Assembly: GCA_965208125.1 (NCBI GenBank)
Contig: OZ242320.1
Location: 4,448,001-4,512,000, forward strand
Length of the DNA: 64,000 nucleotides
From: Candidatus Latescibacterota bacterium
Lineage (GTDB): Bacteria; Latescibacterota; UBA2968
Direction of reading: 5' to 3'
The notes under the pieces are model-generated. The model did no database searches. It was not told the DNA's origin and saw nothing but the letters and a program-made list of their open reading frames with translations. The stretch's first letter is position 1, and each line of letters begins with the position of its first letter. Positions 55,856-64,000 of the stretch are shown one piece after another. Made by a program: the position numbers and the translations under genes.

Positions 55856-58113
55856 ATGGTCAAATCTTCTGATCCAGATGATAGAGAAAGAACGGTGCTT
55901 TCATCGGGGCACAGGTTGATTTGCGCCGTTGTATTTCCAGCAGAAAGTGCGATTTGATTTTCTGATGCAGTTATTGAGAAGTCGGGAGCACTCTCTCCGG
56001 GACCTCGGACAGAGAAAATCGCGGCAATCCGACAGCGTTTTACGCGTTCTGTCTCGGCTGTAAAATGCCATCGTTTTTCCGGCAATTCTTTATCGAGGGT
56101 TGGATAGCCTTTATCTGGCGGTACGGGCCAGTCGTCTGTCTGGCTGAGGCTAAGGTCTGTTGATCCAAAAAGCTGACCCTTTAATGATGCGCCGTTGCGA
56201 CTGGATGTGACAGTCGTCGCATTGAGATCAAACTTTTCGAATGCGTGCAGCAACCACTGGAATGTCGATGCTTCGGGGGCTTCCAATTCATCGACGAGAA
56301 TTGTGATCGACGGACGGATCATCACGAGATGTCGTCTGTATCGGTTCAACTGGTCCCCATAAGCGTTTTCCGCTTTGCCACAGACATATCCAAACGGATG
56401 CGTGGTCTTAAAATCGATAATTTCGCCTCCGCGGTTGCCATCCCGGTTGATCGCGCCTTCGCCATTGACGAGAACGCAGTTGTGTGAAATCGAGTGCTGT
56501 GCGTATTCGTTGTGAAATGGTGTGCCGTGATGCGGAAAACGAAGGCCACCAGTGCATATTAAAGCGTGTCCGCCTTTCATTACTGCAAAGTCATTCTGGC
56601 TCGCATGACCGTGGCTTACGCCGCCAAAGGGCGATGAACGAAAGAGGACCATAAAATCACTGTCCGGGTGTTCGATATCGCTGTGCAATGCGCCCCAGCC
56701 GACGCCCCGAAAGGCGCGGTCTTGTGATATTGTATCTTTTTCTTTTGGGATGGGCTTGTCTTCGAGGAGAATGCCGGGGAAGGGATCTATTTCTGCGGGA
56801 TGCCCATCGGGGTCGCGCACCTGATCCGCCCAGACGCGCAGCCGGTGATTTTGCAGTCTGAGACCGTGAAATTGAAGAAAGGTTCTGGCTTGCGAGGCGC
56901 GAACGGGCTGATCTTCGGTATCGCCAAATGGCATAAGCTCGCCAATAGGGGAAACGACGTAATAAAAAAACCACGGCATGTTCTGATAATAGGGTTTGAG
57001 CCATATATCGTGTCCGGTCGCCAGTTTCCAGGCGTGAAAAGGCATTGCGTCCCGCGAGTTGTAAGACAGGCCATAGGGTACGCCCTGTGCCCAGCCACCT
57101 TCATGTCCGGCCCAATGGGGAAAATTCGTGGCAATAAGTTTGAGTGCGTATTCCGCCCATGAAGGCGCGCGTTCATCTTCGGCACGGGCTATGGCGTGTT
57201 CGAGTAAAAAGCCCGGTAGGCGACCGTTGTGGCTCTCTTCGGGCGTGAATGTATAATCGTGTTTCTCCAGTCTGCGAATCATCTGGTCCGCCCGCGCGTC
57301 GAGCATGCGCGCGACGAGTTCCCGTTCGTCTTCGGTAAAAATATCGTATATCCAATCATAGACTTCCGCGCCCGCTCTGAGCAATCCGAGGCCGACTTCG
57401 TCGCCATAAGGCGCGAGAATAGAGGATATGCCCTCCACATCCCACTGCGCGGCGTCAACAATAAAGCGCCGGGCGGCCTCGCCGTATCGCTTTTCTCCAG
57501 TGAGTAAATAAAAGAGGGCAAGTGTTCGCATGCCACCATCGTGATATTTTCGCATGGTGCCAAAACACTCGACATAAGCCAGCCTGCGTTCGGCGGGGTC
57601 TTCAATCTGATCGTATGTCGGTTCTGGTGGTAGTTCGAGTGTGAGCGCGTGGTCGGCGTCTTTTTTCAGAGCTTCATAAGCTTCTGCTCGGGTGGATGTT
57701 AGCGAGCGTCGCACGTCTTTTAGGTCAGATGCCAGAAAGAAGAGACGCGGGCGTTCTTTTGGGACATTTGCCAGCAGTGTAGCGGCGTCTGGATGAGGTT
57801 GTTCGGCAGCGCAATCGGCAATTTCAAAAGATCGGCATTCCGAGCGCGCTTGAACTGCGCCAGCTACAATGGCCTGTACATGCCAGTCGTAAGTTCCGGG
57901 GGCAAAAGCGCGGTCTGGATGGTGTATGGGATCGGAGAGCAGGGGAGATTCATAGTAGGGTTTTCCATCGCGTACGACAATGACGCGATACTGACATGCA
58001 CCCCGATCAGCAGCCCGCCACCAGCTAAAGCCGGGGGGTGAGAGTGTGAGTGTTTCACCGTGAAGTGGACGAATATAATTAGATCGTGGTGGACGAATGG
58101 ATGGAAAGTTCAT
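55846..58113 (-). CDS. Heparinase II/III-like / oligo-alginate lyase (DUF4962) protein
   Basis: RPRLF, alpha-barrel region, GGWAQG..Y, PFGD, SHGHASQN, HNCVLVNG. Confidence 0.8.
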   Translation of the reverse strand: MNFPSIRPPRSNYIRPLHGETLTLSPPGFSWWRAADRGACQYRVIVVRDGKPYYESPLLSDPIHHPDRAFAPGTYDWHVQAIVAGAVQARSECRSFEIADCAAEQPHPDAATLLANVPKERPRLFFLASDLKDVRRSLTSTRAEAYEALKKDADHALTLELPPEPTYDQIEDPAERRLAYVECFGTMRKYHDGGMRTLALFYLLTGEKRYGEAARRFIVDAAQWDVEGISSILAPYGDEVGLGLLRAGAEVYDWIYDIFTEDERELVARMLDARADQMIRRLEKHDYTFTPEESHNGRLPGFLLEHAIARAEDERAPSWAEYALKLIATNFPHWAGHEGGWAQGVPYGLSYNSRDAMPFHAWKLATGHDIWLKPYYQNMPWFFYYVVSPIGELMPFGDTEDQPVRASQARTFLQFHGLRLQNHRLRVWADQVRDPDGHPAEIDPFPGILLEDKPIPKEKDTISQDRAFRGVGWGALHSDIEHPDSDFMVLFRSSPFGGVSHGHASQNDFAVMKGGHALICTGGLRFPHHGTPFHNEYAQHSISHNCVLVNGEGAINRDGNRGGEIIDFKTTHPFGYVCGKAENAYGDQLNRYRRHLVMIRPSITILVDELEAPEASTFQWLLHAFEKFDLNATTVTSSRNGASLKGQLFGSTDLSLSQTDDWPVPPDKGYPTLDKELPEKRWHFTAETERVKRCRIAAIFSVRGPGESAPDFSITASENQIALSAGNTTAQINLCPDESTVLSLSSGSEDLTIQS

Positions 58114-58131
58114 ATTTATGTCCTTTCTGTT

Positions 58132-59292
58132 TTAAGACCACAATTCCGTGCCATCGGGCAGGTGTTTTAATATTTCTTCTTCGTCTAATTCGATGCCCAG
58201 TCCGGGACCATCTGGCACAGTGATGTATCCATTTTGAATCGGATTTTTGATATTTAACATGGTTGACCAGAGTGGGATATTGGCCGAGTGATATTCCAGA
58301 GCCAAAAAGTTAGGTATGGTGGAACAGATGTGTACGGCAGCTATGCCGGCTACTGTGCTCGCCATATAATGCGGTGCGATCGACATGTGATACATTTCTG
58401 CCAATTCTGCAATGCGCCGAGTTTCTATGGCACCACCACTGCGCGGTATGTCGGGTTCGAGCAGGTCGCACGCGCCCTTTTCCATGAGTTCTCGAAATAG
58501 CTTTGCGCCGTAAAAGATCTCGCCTGTACAAATCGGCGTTTCTGTTTGCATACAAATTTTTGCCAGGGCATCTACGTTACCCCATTCCCATCGGATCGGG
58601 TCTTCCAACCACAATAAGTCGAGGTGTTCCACATCTTTGCATATCCGCAGACCATCAATCGCGTTAAACGATCCGTGCAGGTCAATCGACAAATCGATAT
58701 ACGGCCCAATTGCATCGCGTAACGCTTCAATTGTCGTCACGATATGTTCGTGTTGCCGCCGTCCGACAGACCGATCGTACACGTCTATTTTCCAGGGGTT
58801 GGGAACGTCCAGGTCGAATTTTAGGGCTGTAAATCCTTCGGCAACGCGTTCTTTTGCCCGCGCTACATAGCTCGATGTTTCATATACGGGGTCTAATTCA
58901 TCCGATGCCCGGACTTCATCCCAGCGCCGATTATAGTCTTCTTGTGTCCAGTACGCGCCCGAATGGCAATCGCAATACATGCGCACTTTGTCGCGCAGCT
59001 TGCCTCCCAGGAGGTCGCACATCGGCACGCCCAATGCTTTGCCTTTAATATCCCAGAGTGCGATTTCCACTCCGGCACCAGCGCCCTGCATACGCCACAG
59101 GTGATCGTGATGCAATTGGTTCACGTTAGTCGGGTCTTGTCCGAGTAGCGTATTCTTCAGTTGATCAACCGATTGTCCTCCGCGCCATTCACCCAATCCC
59201 TCAATGCCTTCATCTGTGACAATTTTCAATAACGACCAGTGTCGGCAGGCAGCCCCCAAAGAGGGCGTTTTTTGTATATCTACGATTTTCAT
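58132..59292 (-). CDS. Mandelate racemase/enolase-superfamily acid-sugar dehydratase
   Basis: EIALWDIKGK, KFD, DLH, LEDP, TGE, EPD, APH, PGLGIE. Confidence 0.9.
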   Translation of the reverse strand: MKIVDIQKTPSLGAACRHWSLLKIVTDEGIEGLGEWRGGQSVDQLKNTLLGQDPTNVNQLHHDHLWRMQGAGAGVEIALWDIKGKALGVPMCDLLGGKLRDKVRMYCDCHSGAYWTQEDYNRRWDEVRASDELDPVYETSSYVARAKERVAEGFTALKFDLDVPNPWKIDVYDRSVGRRQHEHIVTTIEALRDAIGPYIDLSIDLHGSFNAIDGLRICKDVEHLDLLWLEDPIRWEWGNVDALAKICMQTETPICTGEIFYGAKLFRELMEKGACDLLEPDIPRSGGAIETRRIAELAEMYHMSIAPHYMASTVAGIAAVHICSTIPNFLALEYHSANIPLWSTMLNIKNPIQNGYITVPDGPGLGIELDEEEILKHLPDGTELWS

Positions 59293-59305
59293 GTTACCTC
59301 CTGTA

Positions 59306-60706
59306 TCAATATCCCCAAATTCGTTTTTTTGGCCGTTCCATTTCGATCAATCTTTTGATCAATAGATGTCGATGTTCAATCCGCGCATTTGTGTGGTCTG
59401 GATCTTGCGCCACATCGCGGTATTCGCCCCATTCGGCGTTGAGGTCATAGAGAGATTCTCGTCCATCGTCATGCGCGATGTAGCGATAGTTCTCAGAACG
59501 AATCATTTTCCAACCCGTGGCCTCCATCAATGCGACTGGTTTGTCTGGATCTTTTTCTCCGTTGAAAACGGGATATAGCGATTGGCCCTGTAAATGGGGT
59601 GGAGTGGGGACACCGCAGGCTTCGAGCAAGGTGGGGAGTACATCCACGCCTTCGACGATGCTCGATACACGACGCCCGCTTTCTTTTCCGGGGATGCGCA
59701 TCAGCAGGGGGACGCGGCTGACACAATCGTGTCCCGGGTAGCCTTTTCCATAGCGCAAATGTTCGCCCAACCACTCGCCGTGGTCGGATGTGAAGACTAC
59801 AATTGTTTCATCTGCAATGTCCAATTCATCCAGCGCGTCTAACATGCGTCCCACATGGTGATCGACTTCGCTGACCATGCCGTAATATCCCTGTCGCGCG
59901 AGGCGAAGCTCGCGATCGCCGTAGTTATTTTCATTGCGTTTTTTATCGATTTCTGGCGGGAAGGATGGCAAGGTCATTTGATCGGGATCGTACAGGTCCA
60001 GAAAACGCTGTGGCGCAACCCAGGGCGAATGTGGGGAGTAAATTCCCGCGATGCACAAAAACGGGCGGCCTTCACGCGCGCGTTCAGCCATGTATTGTAT
60101 TGACCGGCCCGCCACCCACGCCGTGTGTGTGTATTCATCTTTTCCGCGAAAGGGGATGGGATGTTTGGGGAATCGCTCATCGGGATGATGCACACCGTCT
60201 TTTACGCCCATCATTTGATGCCAGCGCTCTGCCAGTGGCGGCAATCCGAGGCTCAAATGATCGAGTTGGTCCGGGGCTTCTATGCGTACCCAGGCGCGAT
60301 AAGCGTCTTCGTAACAGCCGGGTTCGTCGCTGATCTCCAGATGGTTAAATCCATAATCGGGATGTGTTTCGCTGTGGTCCCGGTTGGCGTGTGGCAAAAA
60401 GTGCAATTTGCCGATATTTGCCGAGTGATATCCCGAATTGTGCAGCAATTTGGGCAATGTCATAAAGTCTTCGGGCACGGGTACACCCATGTGCGTAATG
60501 CCGAGTGTGGAGGGATATTGTCCGGTCAAAAAACTCACCCGACTGGGCATGCACACGGGGTTCTGGACAAAGTAGTGATCGAAGTTTATACCCTCGCTTG
60601 CCAGACGATCCAGATTTGGCGTCTGGATATCGGTATTTCCATTCACACCCATGGCATCCCACCGCTGCTGGTCGGTGTAAATCAATAATATATTCGGTCG
60701 TTTCAT
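59306..60706 (-). CDS. Sulfatase (Cys-type, formylglycine-dependent)
   Basis: PNILLIYTDQQR, CMPSRVSFLTG (CxPxR), GKLH, SDHGE. ATG at 60706 has an AAGG RBS. Confidence 0.93.
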   Translation of the reverse strand: MKRPNILLIYTDQQRWDAMGVNGNTDIQTPNLDRLASEGINFDHYFVQNPVCMPSRVSFLTGQYPSTLGITHMGVPVPEDFMTLPKLLHNSGYHSANIGKLHFLPHANRDHSETHPDYGFNHLEISDEPGCYEDAYRAWVRIEAPDQLDHLSLGLPPLAERWHQMMGVKDGVHHPDERFPKHPIPFRGKDEYTHTAWVAGRSIQYMAERAREGRPFLCIAGIYSPHSPWVAPQRFLDLYDPDQMTLPSFPPEIDKKRNENNYGDRELRLARQGYYGMVSEVDHHVGRMLDALDELDIADETIVVFTSDHGEWLGEHLRYGKGYPGHDCVSRVPLLMRIPGKESGRRVSSIVEGVDVLPTLLEACGVPTPPHLQGQSLYPVFNGEKDPDKPVALMEATGWKMIRSENYRYIAHDDGRESLYDLNAEWGEYRDVAQDPDHTNARIEHRHLLIKRLIEMERPKKRIWGY

Positions 60707-60849
60707 GCTGTTCCTTTCTTTTATGTGATAAGGTTGTCCATAATACCCAAATTTACCGCCAAAATCCACTGCCTTTTCCCTTGACACATCGCCCTTTTGA
60801 TGCGACTTTGACGGACCTCTGGTGCCATATATAAACTGTGGAGTTGAGC

Positions 60850-62259
60850 ATGAAAAAAATGACGTATTTTATCATTGTGGTCACTTTTTTAACGGGATTT
60901 GTTTGGGCATCAGATACGGTTGACCTGGTGGTGTTGCATATCAATGATACACACGGGAAATTATCTCCCTACGATTTGGGAGGACACAATATTGGGGGGA
61001 TAGGCCGTTTGTCAACGCTGGTAAAGCAGATTCGCGCAGAAAATCCCGGGCGCGTTTTGCTTTTGCACGCGGGTGATATTTTTTCGCGTGGAGAGCCTGT
61101 GGTGATTTATACGGGGGGGTATGTGAATCTGTTGGCTTTTGAAAAAATGGGGTTTGATGCCATTACACCGGGCAATGGAGAGTTTTATTTTGGGATTGAG
61201 AATCTGAAGCGACAGACCTCGCGCGTATCCACGCCTTTTGTTCACGCGAATGTGACGTATAAGCATCACAATGGACCGATTTTTCCACCCTACTTGATCA
61301 AAGAAGTTCAAGGCGTGAAAGTGGGGATTTTGGGGCTTGGTCTCATTCGGCCCTGGCATCAGTCGTCTCAGATGCTGAAGTTGCATGACGCAGTAGAGAC
61401 GGCGAAGCAATACATGCCAGAATTGCGTCCAAAGGTCGATTTTTTGATTGCATTGACGCATATTGGCGTTAAAAACGACAGTTTGTTGGCCGCGGCTGTG
61501 CCCGAATTGGATTTGATTGTGGGCGGCGATACTCACACGCGGTTAAATACGCCTTCGCGTATTGCAAGGGCCAATGGGAATGGAAGCGTAGCCATTGTGC
61601 AAGCGCGGCATTATTACCAGTTTTTAGGGCGTGTGGATGTGCAATTGCAAAAGGCGGCGCGTGGATATCGGGTGATGCGGTTGAATGGAAAATTGTTGCC
61701 TCTTAAGGAGGCAATTGCGCGCGATTCAGAGATTGAAGTGCTCATCGATAAATACGCCATGCCTTTAAATGAGGTGATTTGTCGAACAGAACGCGACTTG
61801 TCCAATGCGCGCGATGGACGGTCGGCATTGGGCGATCTGGTGGGGCAGGCAGTGTTATATCAAACTCGCGCCGATGTTGCGATTTTGGAACGCAATGGAG
61901 ATACGCACGGTGTTGCTGCGGGCGATATTTTTTTGAACGATATTTATCGGCTGCGACAATACAGACCGCCCGTAATGCTCACACGTCTTTCGCGGGATCA
62001 GATTCAGGCGGTTTTTGAGGCGCGGATGTATCTGACAGCAGGTTGCTCGTTTGAGCGCGAGGATCAAACCATCTCAAATCTGAAGATAGGGGCAAAGCCC
62101 GATTCTGCGGGCACCTATCTCGTCGCGATAGAGAGACAGGTTGCATTTCGCCATTTTCTCCGCGATGCCGCATCTGATTCTGTTGCATTCGATTTTACGG
62201 GGCAGCGCGTGGATACGGCATTGGAGCGATATTTGCGCGATGTGAAAGTAATTCGCTAA
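60850..62259 (+). CDS. Secreted bifunctional metallophosphoesterase/5'-nucleotidase-like protein with atypical active site
   Basis: Signal peptide, HINDTHG, AGD, GNGEF, LTHIG, GGDTH and a C-terminal 5'-nucleotidase-like domain. Confidence 0.8.
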   Translation: MKKMTYFIIVVTFLTGFVWASDTVDLVVLHINDTHGKLSPYDLGGHNIGGIGRLSTLVKQIRAENPGRVLLLHAGDIFSRGEPVVIYTGGYVNLLAFEKMGFDAITPGNGEFYFGIENLKRQTSRVSTPFVHANVTYKHHNGPIFPPYLIKEVQGVKVGILGLGLIRPWHQSSQMLKLHDAVETAKQYMPELRPKVDFLIALTHIGVKNDSLLAAAVPELDLIVGGDTHTRLNTPSRIARANGNGSVAIVQARHYYQFLGRVDVQLQKAARGYRVMRLNGKLLPLKEAIARDSEIEVLIDKYAMPLNEVICRTERDLSNARDGRSALGDLVGQAVLYQTRADVAILERNGDTHGVAAGDIFLNDIYRLRQYRPPVMLTRLSRDQIQAVFEARMYLTAGCSFEREDQTISNLKIGAKPDSAGTYLVAIERQVAFRHFLRDAASDSVAFDFTGQRVDTALERYLRDVKVIR

Positions 62260-62302
62260 GGCTTTTTGGTCCTCTTCTATTCACTGATTTCAGGAGATTT
62301 CA

Positions 62303-63592
62303 ATGCATTATAAAACACCGATTACCGATGGTCAAATTGAAGCCAATTTCGAGCACGCCGCCGAACAGTACGCCGCTTTCGGCGTGGATATTGAACGGGC
62401 TGTGGATAGAGCACTCGAAGTGCCGATCTCGCTCCATTGCTGGCAGGGTGATGATGTGGCGGGTTTTGAAGTGAAAGATGAAGCAGTTGAAGGCGGCGGC
62501 ATTATGGCTACGGGCAATTATCCCGGTCGCGCACGCAATGGAGATGAGCTTCGTCGAGATCTGAAAAAAGTGGTTGATCTGTTGCCGGGACCACACAGGG
62601 CAAATATCCACGCTTCTTATGGTGATACAGGTGGCAAAGTCGTCGATCGCGATGCTCTGGAGCCTGAGCACTTTGCAAGCTGGATTGATTGGGCAAAGAC
62701 ATACGATATTGGTATTGATTTTAATCCCACTTATTTTGCACATCCCAAAGCGAATGATGGTTTTACCTTGAGCCATCCAGATAAGGGTATTCGCGATTTC
62801 TGGATTCAACACGGTATTGCGAGCCGCCGCATCTCTGAAGCTATTGGGAAAGCACTGGGGGATGAGGTTGTCAACAATCACTGGATTCCCGATGGTGCCA
62901 AAGACCATCCCGCTGATCGGTGGACGCCTCGCGAGCGTCTGGTGGAGGCATTGGATACTGTTTTTGACGATGGTCTGGGCATAGGTCCCGAAAGCGTTGA
63001 TGCGGTTGAAGGCAAGCTCTTTGGATTGGGTATGGAGGACTATACGGTCGGGTCCAATGATTTTTATGCCAATTACGCGTTGACCCGGGGCGTACTTCTC
63101 TGTCTCGATATGGGACATTTTCATCCGACTGAGTCGATTGCCGACAAGCTCTCAGCGCATTTTGCATTTCACGATAAGCTGCTCATCCACACGAGCCGCC
63201 CCATTCGCTGGGACTCGGATCACGTCGTTCTCTTTAGCGATGATGTGCGCCATGTTTTTCTGGAACTCGCCCGCCACAATGCGATTGACCGCATGTATCT
63301 CGCGCTCGATTTCTTCGATGCGAGCATCAATCGCACAGCAGCTTATGTTATTGGCACGCGCGCCACGCGCAAAGCCCTCCTCTATGGCCTCGTTGATCCG
63401 ACTGATCGCCTGCGCCAACTCGAAGCTGAGGGCAAGCTCGCGCAAAAACTCGCGCTGATGGAAGATATGAAGACGATGCCATTTTCCGCTGTGTGGGATA
63501 TGTGCTGCCTCAAAGCCAATGTGCCTATTGGCGCTTCATGGCTCGATGAGATAGAGGCTTACGAACGCGATGTGTTGTCGCAACGCGATTGA
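62303..63592 (+). CDS. rhaA: L-rhamnose isomerase
   Basis: SLHCWQGDDV, TGNYPGRARN, DFNPT.F.HP, WIPDG, EGKLFG, DMGHFHPTE, RWDSDHVV, LDFFDASINR. Confidence 0.95.
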   Translation: MHYKTPITDGQIEANFEHAAEQYAAFGVDIERAVDRALEVPISLHCWQGDDVAGFEVKDEAVEGGGIMATGNYPGRARNGDELRRDLKKVVDLLPGPHRANIHASYGDTGGKVVDRDALEPEHFASWIDWAKTYDIGIDFNPTYFAHPKANDGFTLSHPDKGIRDFWIQHGIASRRISEAIGKALGDEVVNNHWIPDGAKDHPADRWTPRERLVEALDTVFDDGLGIGPESVDAVEGKLFGLGMEDYTVGSNDFYANYALTRGVLLCLDMGHFHPTESIADKLSAHFAFHDKLLIHTSRPIRWDSDHVVLFSDDVRHVFLELARHNAIDRMYLALDFFDASINRTAAYVIGTRATRKALLYGLVDPTDRLRQLEAEGKLAQKLALMEDMKTMPFSAVWDMCCLKANVPIGASWLDEIEAYERDVLSQRD

Positions 63593-63611
63593 GCTACTTT
63601 GATCCAGATAC

Positions 63612-63646
63612 AAAAACGCCCGTCAGAACAATTTGGCGGGCGTTTT
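63612..63646. terminator. Bidirectional Rho-independent terminator
   Basis: AAAAACGCCCGTCAG ... TTGGCGGGCGTTTT hairpin between convergent genes. Confidence 0.8.
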
Positions 63647-63670
63647 GTTATGTGCAGATGAATCAGTCGC

Positions 63671-64000
63671 TCAAATCGTCAATGTCACGAAATCCTTTTT
63701 TACGATCTCTTTTTCATGCGTATAAGATTGTGTTTCGAGAAGCTCTCGCGTTTCGGGTGAAAGCCGCGCCAGTATTGAATCGGGATATTCGCGGATTTGT
63801 CGGTGATATTGCGGGCGGTATCTGAGAATAAAGAAACGACGATCCCGATCTTTGGGTTGCCAGGCCATTGCCCCATGTGTCATCAATTCTGTGGTTACGA
63901 CAATATCGCCAGCCCGGGCTGTGATATTTGCCACGCCGAGGGGTACGTCTTTTTCGATCCATCCGTCGTTGAACACATCGGGTGGTCGCTTAAAATCGCT
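63671..64000 (-). CDS. PhyH-family dioxygenase, C-terminal part (partial)
   Basis: AGDIVVTTELMTHG...W...DRRFFILRY, paralleling the protein at 12350. The ORF continues past the window edge. Confidence 0.75.
   Translation of the reverse strand, partial: SDFKRPPDVFNDGWIEKDVPLGVANITARAGDIVVTTELMTHGAMAWQPKDRDRRFFILRYRPQYHRQIREYPDSILARLSPETRELLETQSYTHEKEIVKKDFVTLTI

Noticed and set aside
60781-60837. Sigma70 promoter for the nucleotidase-like gene
   Set aside because: TTGACA and TTGACG hexamers are present, but the -10 match and spacing are ambiguous, so it was not called.
62300-63124. 274-aa antisense ORF, and similar shadow ORFs such as 21613-22419 and 5395-6006
   Set aside because: They lie opposite well-supported genes (rhaA, glpK, SDR/DUF6807) and have no recognisable motifs.
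1-64000. CRISPR arrays, tRNA/rRNA genes, IS elements, integrases or prophage
   Set aside because: No repeat-spacer periodicity, RNA gene signature, transposase, integrase or phage structural gene was recognised, and intergenic gaps are short.

Overview
This is a gene-dense bacterial window (about 50% GC by eye). The host is diderm (LpxH, a TonB-dependent receptor, a soluble lytic transglycosylase). Three PhyH dioxygenases, a sulfatase, sugar oxidoreductases, a DUF6785-like membrane protein and many PQQ-like beta-propellers suggest a Latescibacterota/Poribacteria-like, possibly sponge-associated heterotroph; this is inference only. Layout: (1) 1-2.9 kb: an accessory/defence-like cassette (ABC-ATPase, PIN, HEPN-like protein, membrane protein) directly downstream of dxs. 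(2) 5-13 kb: carbohydrate redox genes. (3) 13-27 kb: mostly housekeeping genes (slt, a nucleotidyltransferase, a UvrD with a degenerate exonuclease insertion, lpxH, glpK, purC). (4) 28-50 kb, the highlight: a co-oriented 16-gene, ~22 kb operon-like cluster. It encodes four secreted PQQ-like propellers, an EhpF/EsmB1-like adenylating enzyme with an EhpG-like reductase and an Fe-ADH, a HemN-like radical SAM enzyme that is neither HemN nor HemW, a TonB receptor, a PaaK-like CoA ligase, a flavin halogenase-like enzyme, a GT4, a DMT-like exporter, a thioesterase and a MacB/LolCDE-type ABC transporter. Two more propellers flank it. No phenazine core, pqq, PKS or NRPS genes are in the window. It looks like an undescribed pathway that imports, tailors and exports an aromatic acid, possibly to make a cofactor for the propeller proteins. 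(5) 53-64 kb: TAXI-TRAP transporter, polysaccharide lyase/dehydratase/sulfatase, an atypical 5'-nucleotidase and rhaA. No rRNA, tRNA, CRISPR array or transposase was seen. All family assignments are from motif recognition by eye, not from database searches.
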